A DNA stretch of 53,986 nt from a virus (taxonomy: Duplodnaviria; Caudoviricetes), in IMG/VR virus record IMGVR_UViG_3300032218_001859, positions 1 to 53,986 of that record. One strand, written 5' to 3'. Position 1 is the stretch's first letter. Every line of letters begins with the position of its first letter. This document shows, one piece after another, positions 8,145 through 17,241 of the stretch. The position numbers and the translations under genes are program-made. Below the pieces are notes generated by a model, which did not search any database, was not told where the DNA came from, and saw nothing but the letters and a program-made list of their open reading frames with translations.

Positions 8145-9023
8145 ATGTCATTTACAGATCTTAAGCGCAAGTCGCAGAGCAATTTTGAATTCCTTCAGAA
8201 GGAACTTGAGAAGTCCAGCACTACATCAGGTGCCGACAGTAGGCTCTGGAAGCCCGAGCTTGACGCTTCAGGAAACGGTTATGCCGTAATTCGTTTCCTT
8301 CCCGCTCCCGATGGTGAGAGCGTACCCTGGGCAAAGGTTTATTCCCATGCTTTCAAAGGCAATGGTGGCTGGCTAATTGATAACTGTCTCACCACCAATG
8401 GTGATAAGTGCCCAGTTTGTGCAGCCAACTCTAAGCTTTGGAACAGTGGTATTGAATCAGACAAAGCAACTGCTCGTGATCGTAAGCGTAAGCTTTCTTA
8501 TTACAGCAACATCTATGTCGTAACTGATCCCAAGAACCCAGAAAACGAAGGCAATGTAATGCTCTTCAAGTATGGCAAGAAGATTCATGATAAGATTCTT
8601 GCTGCTATGCAACCTGAGTTCCAAGATGAAACACCAGTTAACGTGTTTGATTTCTGGGAAGGTGCCAACTTCAAGATCAAGATCAAGACAGTTGGTGGTT
8701 ACTGGAACTATGATAGTTCTGAGTTCACTTCCCCAGCAGCTCTCAATTCTGATGATGAAGAGCTGGAACGTATCTGGAAGCAACAGTATTCGCTAGAAGC
8801 ATTTACTGCTGCTGATCAGTTCAAGTCGTATCAAGAATTGGAAACTCGTATGGAATCTGTTCTTGGTAGTTCTCCAGCAACTCGTCAATCTCAATTTGAT
8901 GAAGAACAAGATCCAGCTCCTGTTGCTACCGTAACTCGTGAGCGTACAGAGACCGTTTCTTCTTCTAACTCAGATGATGATGATGCTCTCAGCTACTTTG
9001 CCCGACTGGCAGAGGAAGATTGA
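8145..9023 (+). CDS. gp32: Single-stranded DNA-binding protein gp32
   Basis: GNGYAVIRFLPAP, CLTT..CPVC, GANFKIK, acidic tail DDALSYFARLAEED. Confidence 0.96.
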   Translation: MSFTDLKRKSQSNFEFLQKELEKSSTTSGADSRLWKPELDASGNGYAVIRFLPAPDGESVPWAKVYSHAFKGNGGWLIDNCLTTNGDKCPVCAANSKLWNSGIESDKATARDRKRKLSYYSNIYVVTDPKNPENEGNVMLFKYGKKIHDKILAAMQPEFQDETPVNVFDFWEGANFKIKIKTVGGYWNYDSSEFTSPAALNSDDEELERIWKQQYSLEAFTAADQFKSYQELETRMESVLGSSPATRQSQFDEEQDPAPVATVTRERTETVSSSNSDDDDALSYFARLAEED

Positions 9024-9030
9024 TAAAATT

Positions 9031-9058
9031 AAAGGGGGTCGTGAGACCCCCTTTTTTT
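9031..9058. terminator. Bidirectional terminator between convergent gp32 and gp53
   Basis: AAAGGGGGTC-GTGA-GACCCCCTTTTTTT. Confidence 0.9.
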
Positions 9059-9707
9059 ATACCCCAGTTTTTTTCAAGTCATTACTGATGTAGTCAGAAG
9101 ATTTAGTGTATAGATTTGTCTTCTTGAAGTCAGTGATGAAAGGTTCTATGTACTCTGGCTTGAGCAAATAGATTTCTCTTTTCTTTTCATTTTCTGTGGA
9201 CTCATAATCAAATACAGTCACTGGATAAGATATCTGGTTACCAGCAACTTGAATAACACTAGTGCCATTCCAATACTTGAATGGAGATGAGTAAAAAGTT
9301 TCGTCAACAATCAACCCCCCACGCAATACGATTGTTCCTTGACTATTTTTTACTTCAACTGTTTCGTAATGATGAATTGCTGAGTATGGGTTATCATAAT
9401 TTGATTCAATATGTTTTCTCAATTCATATTCTGATAGAGGTATACTAAACAAAGGATTAATCATATTGTTGGTGAGTATGATTACCCAATCCATGAAGGG
9501 ATCATTGTATACTTTTTCTGCAATACTATCTAATCTTTCTCCATCTTGGATGCCATATTTTTTAAAGTAAACTGCATATGAAAATACATCTGGGTTTACT
9601 TGATATCTTCTGAAGAAATTTTTTGCACGTACAAAATCAGATTCCGAGAACGGATACTGAATTGGTTTTGTGTCGTATTGAATGTCTGGTATATTTCTGA
9701 AGTACAT
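9057..9707 (-). CDS. gp53: Baseplate wedge protein gp53
   Basis: MYFRNIPDIQY, GERLDSIAEKVY..WVIILTN (LysM-like), IHHYET, NEKKREIYLLK. Confidence 0.9.
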   Translation of the reverse strand: MYFRNIPDIQYDTKPIQYPFSESDFVRAKNFFRRYQVNPDVFSYAVYFKKYGIQDGERLDSIAEKVYNDPFMDWVIILTNNMINPLFSIPLSEYELRKHIESNYDNPYSAIHHYETVEVKNSQGTIVLRGGLIVDETFYSSPFKYWNGTSVIQVAGNQISYPVTVFDYESTENEKKREIYLLKPEYIEPFITDFKKTNLYTKSSDYISNDLKKTGV

Positions 9708-9708
9708 T

Positions 9709-10818
9709 TTAGTAACTATAACCTTCTAGATTTACATCATTGGCAAATAGTATTTTGGTTTCTTTGAAACTTATTGTCAATTGTGTTGATACTGGAGATC
9801 CTCCCTCATATGTAGCATAGGCACCGTCAGGAGTGTAATTAACATCAACCCCAGCAATCGCACATAATTTATATACCGGAAGATACTCGTGTATTTTTGA
9901 ACCTCTCATATAAGTTACTTGACATAGATTCGGAACTGTTAATAATGATACTCCTTTAGTATAAAAAAATGATTGTCCTCCTAGGTCTGGAAGCATTGCT
10001 TTTTTAAATGTGTTACAAATGGTCTTAATTTTAACAGCTTCGTCATCATTTTTTGGTGTCATTTTAAATGTCAATGCAAAAGTTCTTAGATCACTACCTT
10101 GATATAACATTTCAGTGTTTGGATTTAGAATTGTTCCTGATACAGAGCCCATAAATTGATCCAACCCAATGTTTGAACCCGTCATCTCATTAATTCCTTT
10201 TAAAACCGTGTCATAAAGTGTAGATTTTACCAGTCCCGTTAATGCAGACGTAGCAACACCAGGATCTGGTAATTTGTTTCCAAACGTTCGCATCATTCCG
10301 ACTGCACCAGTGCCAAAGTCAGCTCCACCCCACCTAGCTCCATACTGCGCCTGTATATCTTCTGGCATGAATAATATAATTGGAGTTAAAACTTTGGTTT
10401 TACGCTTATCAACTATACCAGATGCATTGTAAAAATCATATGCAGTTTTGGCACTGAAATTATCTAGTCCAGGTTGTCCTGCTCCTTTACCAAATGGTGG
10501 CTCATATTCAAAAAATTCAAATGATACATAATCCGTTTCTAATTCTGTAATATTGGATGGATATCTTAATGAAGTGCGGGCAGAACTATTATTTACTCTT
10601 GGGTTTGCTATAGTTGGACTTGGGTTTTTCCCGAACTGTGAAGTAGCTGGTATGGCTGGAGTGATGCCAGCAGAAGCTTGAGTATTGGCAACATTTTGGG
10701 GAGTATAACCACCAGATACTCCTCCTTTAGCTAGCTGAGCTTGTTCTTGTGGCGATAAGCTGTTGCGATAATTTTTATCTGTCCATGCTCTCTGTATTTG
10801 TTGTAGTGTTAATGCCAT
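9709..10818 (-). CDS. gp48: Baseplate tail tube cap gp48
   Basis: LRYP, ILNPNTEMLYQGSDLRTF, VNYTPDG.YATY, LTISFKE. Confidence 0.88.
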   Translation of the reverse strand: MALTLQQIQRAWTDKNYRNSLSPQEQAQLAKGGVSGGYTPQNVANTQASAGITPAIPATSQFGKNPSPTIANPRVNNSSARTSLRYPSNITELETDYVSFEFFEYEPPFGKGAGQPGLDNFSAKTAYDFYNASGIVDKRKTKVLTPIILFMPEDIQAQYGARWGGADFGTGAVGMMRTFGNKLPDPGVATSALTGLVKSTLYDTVLKGINEMTGSNIGLDQFMGSVSGTILNPNTEMLYQGSDLRTFALTFKMTPKNDDEAVKIKTICNTFKKAMLPDLGGQSFFYTKGVSLLTVPNLCQVTYMRGSKIHEYLPVYKLCAIAGVDVNYTPDGAYATYEGGSPVSTQLTISFKETKILFANDVNLEGYSY

Positions 10819-11679
10819 TTACTTGACTCTCTCTACGTCTTTCCTGTTAGTTCCTTTGATGATTCTTGTGCCCTTGATACGATCAGTCCAGTATTGATTC
10901 ATCTCTTCCCAAACATATTCTTTAGGATATTCAAATTTACCATCGCCTTTCATCAACACAAAATCTTCTACAGGAAGAGCAGAAGCAGTAACCCATTCTT
11001 GTTTTGCTAAATCCAAGAACAAACTTTTACATCTTTTATTAAGGTATTTATGAATGATTTTTTTGGGAATATCTATCACCCCAGCTTCTAATTTTTGAAC
11101 AACAATTAATCTTTTCTTTGGTTCTAGGTAATGTAAGTTAGCACCATAAAATTCTCCGCCAGAAACTTTTAAAATATAAACTAACGGATACTTATCATAG
11201 TATTTTAAATCTTCTGTTTCTGCTTTGTATTCAAAGAAACATAGATGACCAGGAAAAATTCTACGTCTATTTACGTTTTGATCTTGATTTATTAATGCGT
11301 CAATAGAATCCATTTTTTCCTGCTGGTTCATCCGAGAAGGTTCTGATTGTATGCCCGCACTTAATGTTGTTAATGTTGATCTATACCATCTAAGGTTTTT
11401 ACTTTCTCCTTCAGCTCTATCTTTTATCTTTTCAAATATTGTTTTGTAATTTTTTTCTCCCGCTTTTTTATACTCCTCAGTTTCACTGACTGCTTTAGCC
11501 AGTTCTTTCATGTCTTTATAACTAGAGTACCTCTTAATTCCATACTTGGAAGCAAGCGCACGAATTTGATCTCGTGTATAATCTTCTAGAGAATTTAATT
11601 CATACCCAGTAAGATAAGACCACTTGTCAATGTTGTCTGTTGCATATGATTTTGGTTTTAAATTATTTTTTGCTGCCAT
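10819..11679 (-). CDS. DNA end protector gp2-like protein
   Basis: PGHLCFFEYKA...YYDKYPLVY...GANLHYL; adjacent to gp4. Confidence 0.7.
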   Translation of the reverse strand: MAAKNNLKPKSYATDNIDKWSYLTGYELNSLEDYTRDQIRALASKYGIKRYSSYKDMKELAKAVSETEEYKKAGEKNYKTIFEKIKDRAEGESKNLRWYRSTLTTLSAGIQSEPSRMNQQEKMDSIDALINQDQNVNRRRIFPGHLCFFEYKAETEDLKYYDKYPLVYILKVSGGEFYGANLHYLEPKKRLIVVQKLEAGVIDIPKKIIHKYLNKRCKSLFLDLAKQEWVTASALPVEDFVLMKGDGKFEYPKEYVWEEMNQYWTDRIKGTRIIKGTNRKDVERVK

Positions 11680-11680
11680 G

Positions 11681-12118
11681 TTAGATTCCTAAGTCATCTT
11701 CTGTGAGGATTAAAAATTTCATCTGCCTATCTTCACAAAAATTTTCTGCTGCGGCCCACTTGGCACGATTCTTTATGTAGGTAAGCACTTCTCTTCTCCA
11801 AGCAGCAGTTTTTCTTTTTGGTTTATCTGTGGGTCCAGCAACTTGCTTCTTTGGTTTAACTTCTATTAGATACTTATTAATTTTACCTTGCTTATTTTGA
11901 ATTTTAATATAAAAATCTGGATAGTATCGGTGTACTTTTTTATCAGTGGGGCAGAGATATGGAATGATAACTTCTTCACTTCCCCACTCAATAATGTTAT
12001 CTTTGTTATCACAAAACACCATAAACTTTCGTTCCCACAAAGAACGATAGATAATTCTTGTTGGGTTGCCTTTATATTTTTTTGGATTGACTGGTTTGTA
12101 TAAACCTGAGTATGCCAT
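11681..12118 (-). CDS. gp4: Head completion nuclease gp4
   Basis: MAYSGLYKPVNPKKYKG, YRSLWE, HRYYPDF, IEVKP, NRAKW. Confidence 0.93.
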   Translation of the reverse strand: MAYSGLYKPVNPKKYKGNPTRIIYRSLWERKFMVFCDNKDNIIEWGSEEVIIPYLCPTDKKVHRYYPDFYIKIQNKQGKINKYLIEVKPKKQVAGPTDKPKRKTAAWRREVLTYIKNRAKWAAAENFCEDRQMKFLILTEDDLGI

Positions 12119-12121
12119 AAA

Positions 12122-12148
12122 TATAAATAAACCTCCGTGTTTATTTAG
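12122..12148. promoter_or_regulatory. Overlapping late promoters for the divergent gp4 (-) and gp54-like (+) units
   Basis: TATAAATA at 12122-12129 (+); CTAAATA variant at 12142-12148 (-). Confidence 0.65.
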
Positions 12149-12149
12149 A

Positions 12150-12860
12150 GTGCCAAAGAACGATTCAATAGCTCAATTCCTTAGCGCCATATCTCGTGGT
12201 GGTGGCATGTCCCTCACGAATGGATATGATGTACAATTTGAATTTGATATTGGTATGCAAATATTGGGAGTTATTAAAGATGCTTCTAATGTTGATTTAA
12301 GTGCGGGTGGATCATCACAGTCCACGCAAATAATTAGTTTGCTATGTGATGAAGCTCAACTACCAAATATACAGGCAGCAACTAGTCAAGTATCTGGAGT
12401 TCATATGGGCGAGGGACAGATTAGTTATCCTCACACTAAATTATATAGTGATTTTACTTTAAGTTGGATGTGTGATGCTAATATGACACCCCTAAAATTT
12501 CTTAGTGCGTGGCATAATTATATTTTTAATGGAGCATATCAAGACGAAATTAAACTCCTAAAGGCTAATAGATTAGACGGGATAAAAAAAGAAAGAAAAA
12601 ATCAACTCAACCGAGCAGTTCGTTTACATTATCCAGATCAATATTTATCAACTGTGAGAATAACTAAGACAGAAAAGGGTGCCAGTGCTCCTAATAGTAG
12701 AGCACCAATTTCTTATATCATGGAAGAATGTTATCCTTATTCTATTGATGCAGTTCCACTTTCCTATGGATCATCTCAGGTTACCAGAGTGTCTGCAAAT
12801 TTCTATTACAGAAAGCACACACTTGTATACAACAATATATCTGGTGGATATAAAGGATAA
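12150..12860 (+). CDS. Tail tube initiator / gp54-like (tube-fold) baseplate protein
   Basis: LCDEAQLP, PYSIDAVPLSYGSSQVTRVSANFYY; GTG start; position between gp4 and gp26. Confidence 0.75.
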   Translation: MPKNDSIAQFLSAISRGGGMSLTNGYDVQFEFDIGMQILGVIKDASNVDLSAGGSSQSTQIISLLCDEAQLPNIQAATSQVSGVHMGEGQISYPHTKLYSDFTLSWMCDANMTPLKFLSAWHNYIFNGAYQDEIKLLKANRLDGIKKERKNQLNRAVRLHYPDQYLSTVRITKTEKGASAPNSRAPISYIMEECYPYSIDAVPLSYGSSQVTRVSANFYYRKHTLVYNNISGGYKG

Positions 12861-12888
12861 ATAATTATACGAATTGATTTAAAGATCT

Positions 12889-13602
12889 ATGGCATTGCCT
12901 AAAATTGGTTTTCCTACATATGAATTGGAATTACCCTCTTCAAAAAAAATTATTAAGTACAGACCATTTCTGGTTAAAGAAGAAAAAGTTTTACTGATTG
13001 CGTTAGAATCAGAAGACGAAAATCAAATCTTTGCTGCGGTCAAAGACCTGATTAAAAATTGTGTAATCAGTAGAATTAAGGTAGAAGATCTACCTGCGTT
13101 TGATCTTGAATATATTTTTCTTAAGGTTCGTGCAGCCGCAGTTGGAGAAATTGTTGACATGAATGTGACTTGTCTAGATGATAATCAAACTGAAGTACAA
13201 GCACAAATTAATATCAATGATGTTGAAGTTACTTTCTCCGACGATCACAGTAACAAAATTATGTTGACTGATCAGCTAGGTATTATTATGAAGTATCCTG
13301 GTATGCAAAGGTTTATTGAATCAGAATTTCTAGAAAAGGATATCAAGACAGAAGAAGTATGGGATTTTGTTGCTGATTCAATTGAACAAATTTTTGATGA
13401 AACTGATGTGTATGATTCTTCTACAACTTCAAAGAAAGAGTTTAGAGAATTTGTTGAGAAATTAACAACCAAACAATTTGAAGCTATTCAAAAATTTTAT
13501 GAAACTATGCCAAAACTACAGCATAAGTTTGAAGTAACCAATCCAAAAACCGGAGTCAAATCTGAGTATGTAATTGAGGGGCTTCAGAATTTTTTCGTAT
13601 AG
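12889..13602 (+). CDS. gp26: Baseplate hub assembly chaperone gp26
   Basis: MALPKI.PTYELELPS..IKYRPFLVKEEK, FDLEYIFLKVRA, IEGLQNFF. Confidence 0.92.
   Translation: MALPKIGFPTYELELPSSKKIIKYRPFLVKEEKVLLIALESEDENQIFAAVKDLIKNCVISRIKVEDLPAFDLEYIFLKVRAAAVGEIVDMNVTCLDDNQTEVQAQININDVEVTFSDDHSNKIMLTDQLGIIMKYPGMQRFIESEFLEKDIKTEEVWDFVADSIEQIFDETDVYDSSTTSKKEFREFVEKLTTKQFEAIQKFYETMPKLQHKFEVTNPKTGVKSEYVIEGLQNFFV
13590..13596 (+). other. Candidate -1 programmed frameshift heptamer T TTT TTC
   Basis: In-phase X XXY YYZ just before the gp26 stop; the -1 frame is open into gp51. Confidence 0.55.
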
Positions 13603-13619
13603 CACTCTTCCAGAATAGT

Positions 13620-13781
13620 ATGGAAGGGTACTATAAAACAAACTTTGCTTTGATGCAGTATCATAAATACTCTTTGACTGAGATAGAAAATTTGATGCCG
13701 TGGGAACGTGAAGTTTATACGGCTTTGTTGATGCAATATATTCAGGAAGAGAAAGCAAAACAGGAAGCTGCTAATGGATAA
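13620..13781 (+). CDS. gp51: Baseplate hub assembly protein gp51-like (53 aa)
   Basis: MEGYYKTNFALMQYHKYSLTEIENLMPWEREVY...; not in the ORF track. Confidence 0.88.
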   Translation: MEGYYKTNFALMQYHKYSLTEIENLMPWEREVYTALLMQYIQEEKAKQEAANG

Positions 13782-16700
13782 TATCAATGTTCCTTCAGCA
13801 AGATATATTCAGGGACAATCTGGTATCTGGGAATTAGAATTTGATTCCGTGCTTGATCACGCTGTTTATTTTGCTGGCAAATCTCCGTTTCCTAAAGGAG
13901 CAAAACAAACAGAAATATTGGATTGGTTACAAGATACTTTAAAATTAAGTTGGAAACAAATTTCCGATCATCGAGAAAAAATATTAGATAAGATTCGTGA
14001 GCTAACTCCTAAAGCATGGGAAAGTGGTGACTACCCTTACGTAAGAATACCTATAGTAGATATTGATTTTGAAACTAATTCTTACATACAAGCAGATGAT
14101 GAAGAAGATGATGATATGCCAGAAGGATTGGATGATTTACTGGGTAATATTAGAGTAGAAGAAGAAAATAATACTGATGAAAAGGAAGTAGACACACAAG
14201 CAGAAATTGCTTCTCAAGTTTTAACTGAAGCAGAAGATGCTAGAGAACAAGCAATAGATGAAAGTGTTCTTGATGATCTTCCAGAAAGTTTGCGAGCTGC
14301 TTTAGTCGGAGTCATTAATAAAAAAACTGGTACAACTATTGGCGGTGGTGGAGAACAGAAAAAAACTAGTAGCTATGTAAGTAATAACAAAATATTTAAA
14401 TTTTTAACAACCAATCTTTATAAAATTCAGGGACAACTTGATAGCATTGATAGATCATTACAAGATCAGACATCAATTGTACAAGCAAATCTTCAAGTTA
14501 CTTCTAACATCTATGAGAATTTAGATATTCAGAATCAAATTCTGGGAGAAAAATTAGATGCTATATTACAAGTTTTTAATAAGCAAAATGAATTAGCTAA
14601 AAAATTTGCTGACGATGAAGAAAATCGTTTGGCAGCACAGAGATTAGCTGGTAAAATGGATGCTGCTGGAACAGAAACACCAGTGAGTACCATTGGTTCT
14701 GGTAAAGGATCATCTGGAAATTCTTTGTTGCGAAGGTTAACTAAATTTTTTGGTAAGAAACTTGCATCCCATATATTTAAACGTTTGCCATATGGATTGA
14801 AGCGTAAAATGGTTGGGTTGAGAAAACTCATACGACTTCCTGGAAAATTAAAAGCTAAAGTTACAAGTAAAATTACAAGTAAAATACTACAACGTGTAGC
14901 ACCAAAAATAGCTACTAAACCAGCCCAAGCTGTAGCTACTAAGGGGGTTGCAAAAGGTTTTGAACACATAGCTCTTCCTGGTGTAACTAAAGCTGTGCAA
15001 CAAACAGATAAACCAGTAGCTAAAGTAATTGAAAAAGGTGGTGAACACATCTTAGAAAGAGCTTTTAGTAGCCCCATAATACAAAAAGCAATAATTAAAG
15101 TGGTGGGTAAAGAAGGAGCGGAAAAACTAATTGCTAAAATTTCTGCTAAATTAATTCCCGGTGTATCAACTGCCTATGGATTGGGAGAAGGTCTTGCTAG
15201 AATAGCAATGGGTGATGTCAAAGGAGGATTCTTATCATTTGGTAGTGCAATTCCTGTGGCTGGATATGGATTTGCTGCGGTTGATATCTTACGAGATATT
15301 AATCCTGATGCATATACTAAACATATTGAATCTAATTTGCCAGTTCCATCTAATGAAAATTTTGCAGCTTTCTTTGCTGATGCTTTAGGAGTAACTGAAG
15401 ATCAATATGAAACTGGTGGTGTAACTAAACCAGGATTAGCAATGCTTCATGGAACTGAAGCAGTTGTAAATAAAAATGCTTTTAATACGCAACCAGTTGA
15501 TCCTGTTGGCGGCAATATTCTTGCTGCAACAACACAATATATTAATAAGCTTGGACCAATTGGTTCTTCTATAGCCCCAACGTTTAAACAGGCTGCTTCT
15601 CCGTTAGCAAAAGTTTATGGTATGCCATCTACGTTGGTGCAAACAAATGTTGGTGGTTCTTTGCCATCACTACAATCTTCTATGAGAAAAGTAAAAGAGA
15701 AAAGAAAATTATCTTTGGGAGAACAACTTAATGCTATGGAAACTGATCTGTTAAAAACTACTGATTCAGGATCCTTTGCTGATAAACTTTTGAAAATGAT
15801 AGATCCCAAAGGAAAGTTTCAAGATCTGTTGAAAAAAATTAATAATCCTGACAATCCTGACAATCCTGACAATCCCGATGATATTGTTCCTTATGAATCT
15901 TCTGGTGGGAAAAAAATTACTAAATCTATGTTTGGTAGTAGGGGATTTGGAACTAAAGATGGGTTGGGTTCTGGAGCATCTGCAACTGGGCACACTGGCA
16001 GAGATGTTCCATTAGATGATGGAACTCCTTTATCGGTTGTTCCACCAGGAGTTGTAGTTAAAACAGGTACTGGTTACAACGGGGGATATGGAAATTATGT
16101 AGTTATAAAATTAGATGATGGTAGATATTTAAAATCAAATCACCACAGTCAAAACTTGGTTAAGGAGGGAGATAGAGTTGGTGCTGGTTCTGGTGAAAAT
16201 GGTGCTGTTAGAGTGATAGCAAAGGTAGGCAAAACTGGATTAGCAACTGGTCCCCATATGCATTTAGATGTTGGATCTGGATTTACTCCACCATACACTA
16301 TTACTGGATTAGTAAACCCAGATTCATTTATTCTTGGCGGGGGAATTGTTACTGGTGGAGATGTTAAAGCAAAAAATAAAAATCAAGCACCACCTACCCC
16401 AGTAAAAGGACTAGGTAAACAAGGAACTACAAGCAATAAAGATTTTGGTGCTACTAGTGGTGTAGGAAACAAAGGATACTTAATTGTTCCTGGTCATGCT
16501 GCTGGGCTTGGGGCTCCAGAAGAAAAAAAATTGGTAAAACAACTAGCAAAAAATGCTTATACCAATTTGAAATCTAAATTTCCTGATGCAAAAATACAGT
16601 ATCAAGATACTGATTCTATGTTTGATGATACAGATGATGGATTTAAAAAACAATTAGATTGGTTTAAACAAAAAGAAAAAGAGGGTTGGGAAATTTTAGA

Positions 16701-17217
16701 GATACATATGGATGCTTCTATGGAATCTGGAGAAGGAACTGGTCGAGGTGCTATTGTTCCTACAGGAGAAATGAATCCAGTTGAAGCTTACTTTGCTAAA
16801 AATTATGGTGCTTATTCTAGAGGTCATAGAGATCTTGGAGCACCAAAAAGAGGAGTTGGTTTATTTGAACTTGGTAATATGTCTCCAGAATTGGAAGCAG
16901 CATCAAAACAAAATAAAGTTTCTAAAAAACAATTAGATTCTTTAACTGCTCCTTTAGAACAAGCAATCCAATCTGGATTAAATATATCTCCGCCAACTAA
17001 AAAACCAGCTCAGTCAAAATATTATTTAAGACAGGGATCTAAAGACACACAAATTATTATGATTCCTGCATCTAGTAGTGCAGGAAAATCCATCAATAAA
17101 AATGCCACTATAGAGGGTCAGCGATTTACGTATGATGCAAATCACAATACATTTAACACTTCCGAAGTAACATCTACAACTAGAGCACTTGTGTTGCGTC
17201 GATTAGGTCTCAACTAA
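13774..17217 (+). CDS. Tape-measure-like/baseplate hub protein with M23 peptidase and amidase-like domains
   Basis: HTGRD...GGYGNYVVI...TGPHMHLDV (M23); LIVPGH...PEEK...LEIHMD...LFELGNM (Amidase_3-like); follows gp26/gp51. Confidence 0.75.
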   Translation: MDNINVPSARYIQGQSGIWELEFDSVLDHAVYFAGKSPFPKGAKQTEILDWLQDTLKLSWKQISDHREKILDKIRELTPKAWESGDYPYVRIPIVDIDFETNSYIQADDEEDDDMPEGLDDLLGNIRVEEENNTDEKEVDTQAEIASQVLTEAEDAREQAIDESVLDDLPESLRAALVGVINKKTGTTIGGGGEQKKTSSYVSNNKIFKFLTTNLYKIQGQLDSIDRSLQDQTSIVQANLQVTSNIYENLDIQNQILGEKLDAILQVFNKQNELAKKFADDEENRLAAQRLAGKMDAAGTETPVSTIGSGKGSSGNSLLRRLTKFFGKKLASHIFKRLPYGLKRKMVGLRKLIRLPGKLKAKVTSKITSKILQRVAPKIATKPAQAVATKGVAKGFEHIALPGVTKAVQQTDKPVAKVIEKGGEHILERAFSSPIIQKAIIKVVGKEGAEKLIAKISAKLIPGVSTAYGLGEGLARIAMGDVKGGFLSFGSAIPVAGYGFAAVDILRDINPDAYTKHIESNLPVPSNENFAAFFADALGVTEDQYETGGVTKPGLAMLHGTEAVVNKNAFNTQPVDPVGGNILAATTQYINKLGPIGSSIAPTFKQAASPLAKVYGMPSTLVQTNVGGSLPSLQSSMRKVKEKRKLSLGEQLNAMETDLLKTTDSGSFADKLLKMIDPKGKFQDLLKKINNPDNPDNPDNPDDIVPYESSGGKKITKSMFGSRGFGTKDGLGSGASATGHTGRDVPLDDGTPLSVVPPGVVVKTGTGYNGGYGNYVVIKLDDGRYLKSNHHSQNLVKEGDRVGAGSGENGAVRVIAKVGKTGLATGPHMHLDVGSGFTPPYTITGLVNPDSFILGGGIVTGGDVKAKNKNQAPPTPVKGLGKQGTTSNKDFGATSGVGNKGYLIVPGHAAGLGAPEEKKLVKQLAKNAYTNLKSKFPDAKIQYQDTDSMFDDTDDGFKKQLDWFKQKEKEGWEILEIHMDASMESGEGTGRGAIVPTGEMNPVEAYFAKNYGAYSRGHRDLGAPKRGVGLFELGNMSPELEAASKQNKVSKKQLDSLTAPLEQAIQSGLNISPPTKKPAQSKYYLRQGSKDTQIIMIPASSSAGKSINKNATIEGQRFTYDANHNTFNTSEVTSTTRALVLRRLGLN
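15844..15879 (+). repeat. 9-bp tandem repeat x4 encoding an (NPD)4 linker
   Basis: aatcctgac x3 followed by aatcccgat. Confidence 0.85.
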
Positions 17218-17241
17218 ATAGCAAGATAGGAAAGTATTCTA

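Noticed and set aside
14535-15077. Long antisense ORFs (this one, also 43582..44040, 46636..47118, 52041..52568 and similar)
   Set aside because: Shadow frames of well-supported plus-strand genes; no RBS, promoter or recognisable motifs.
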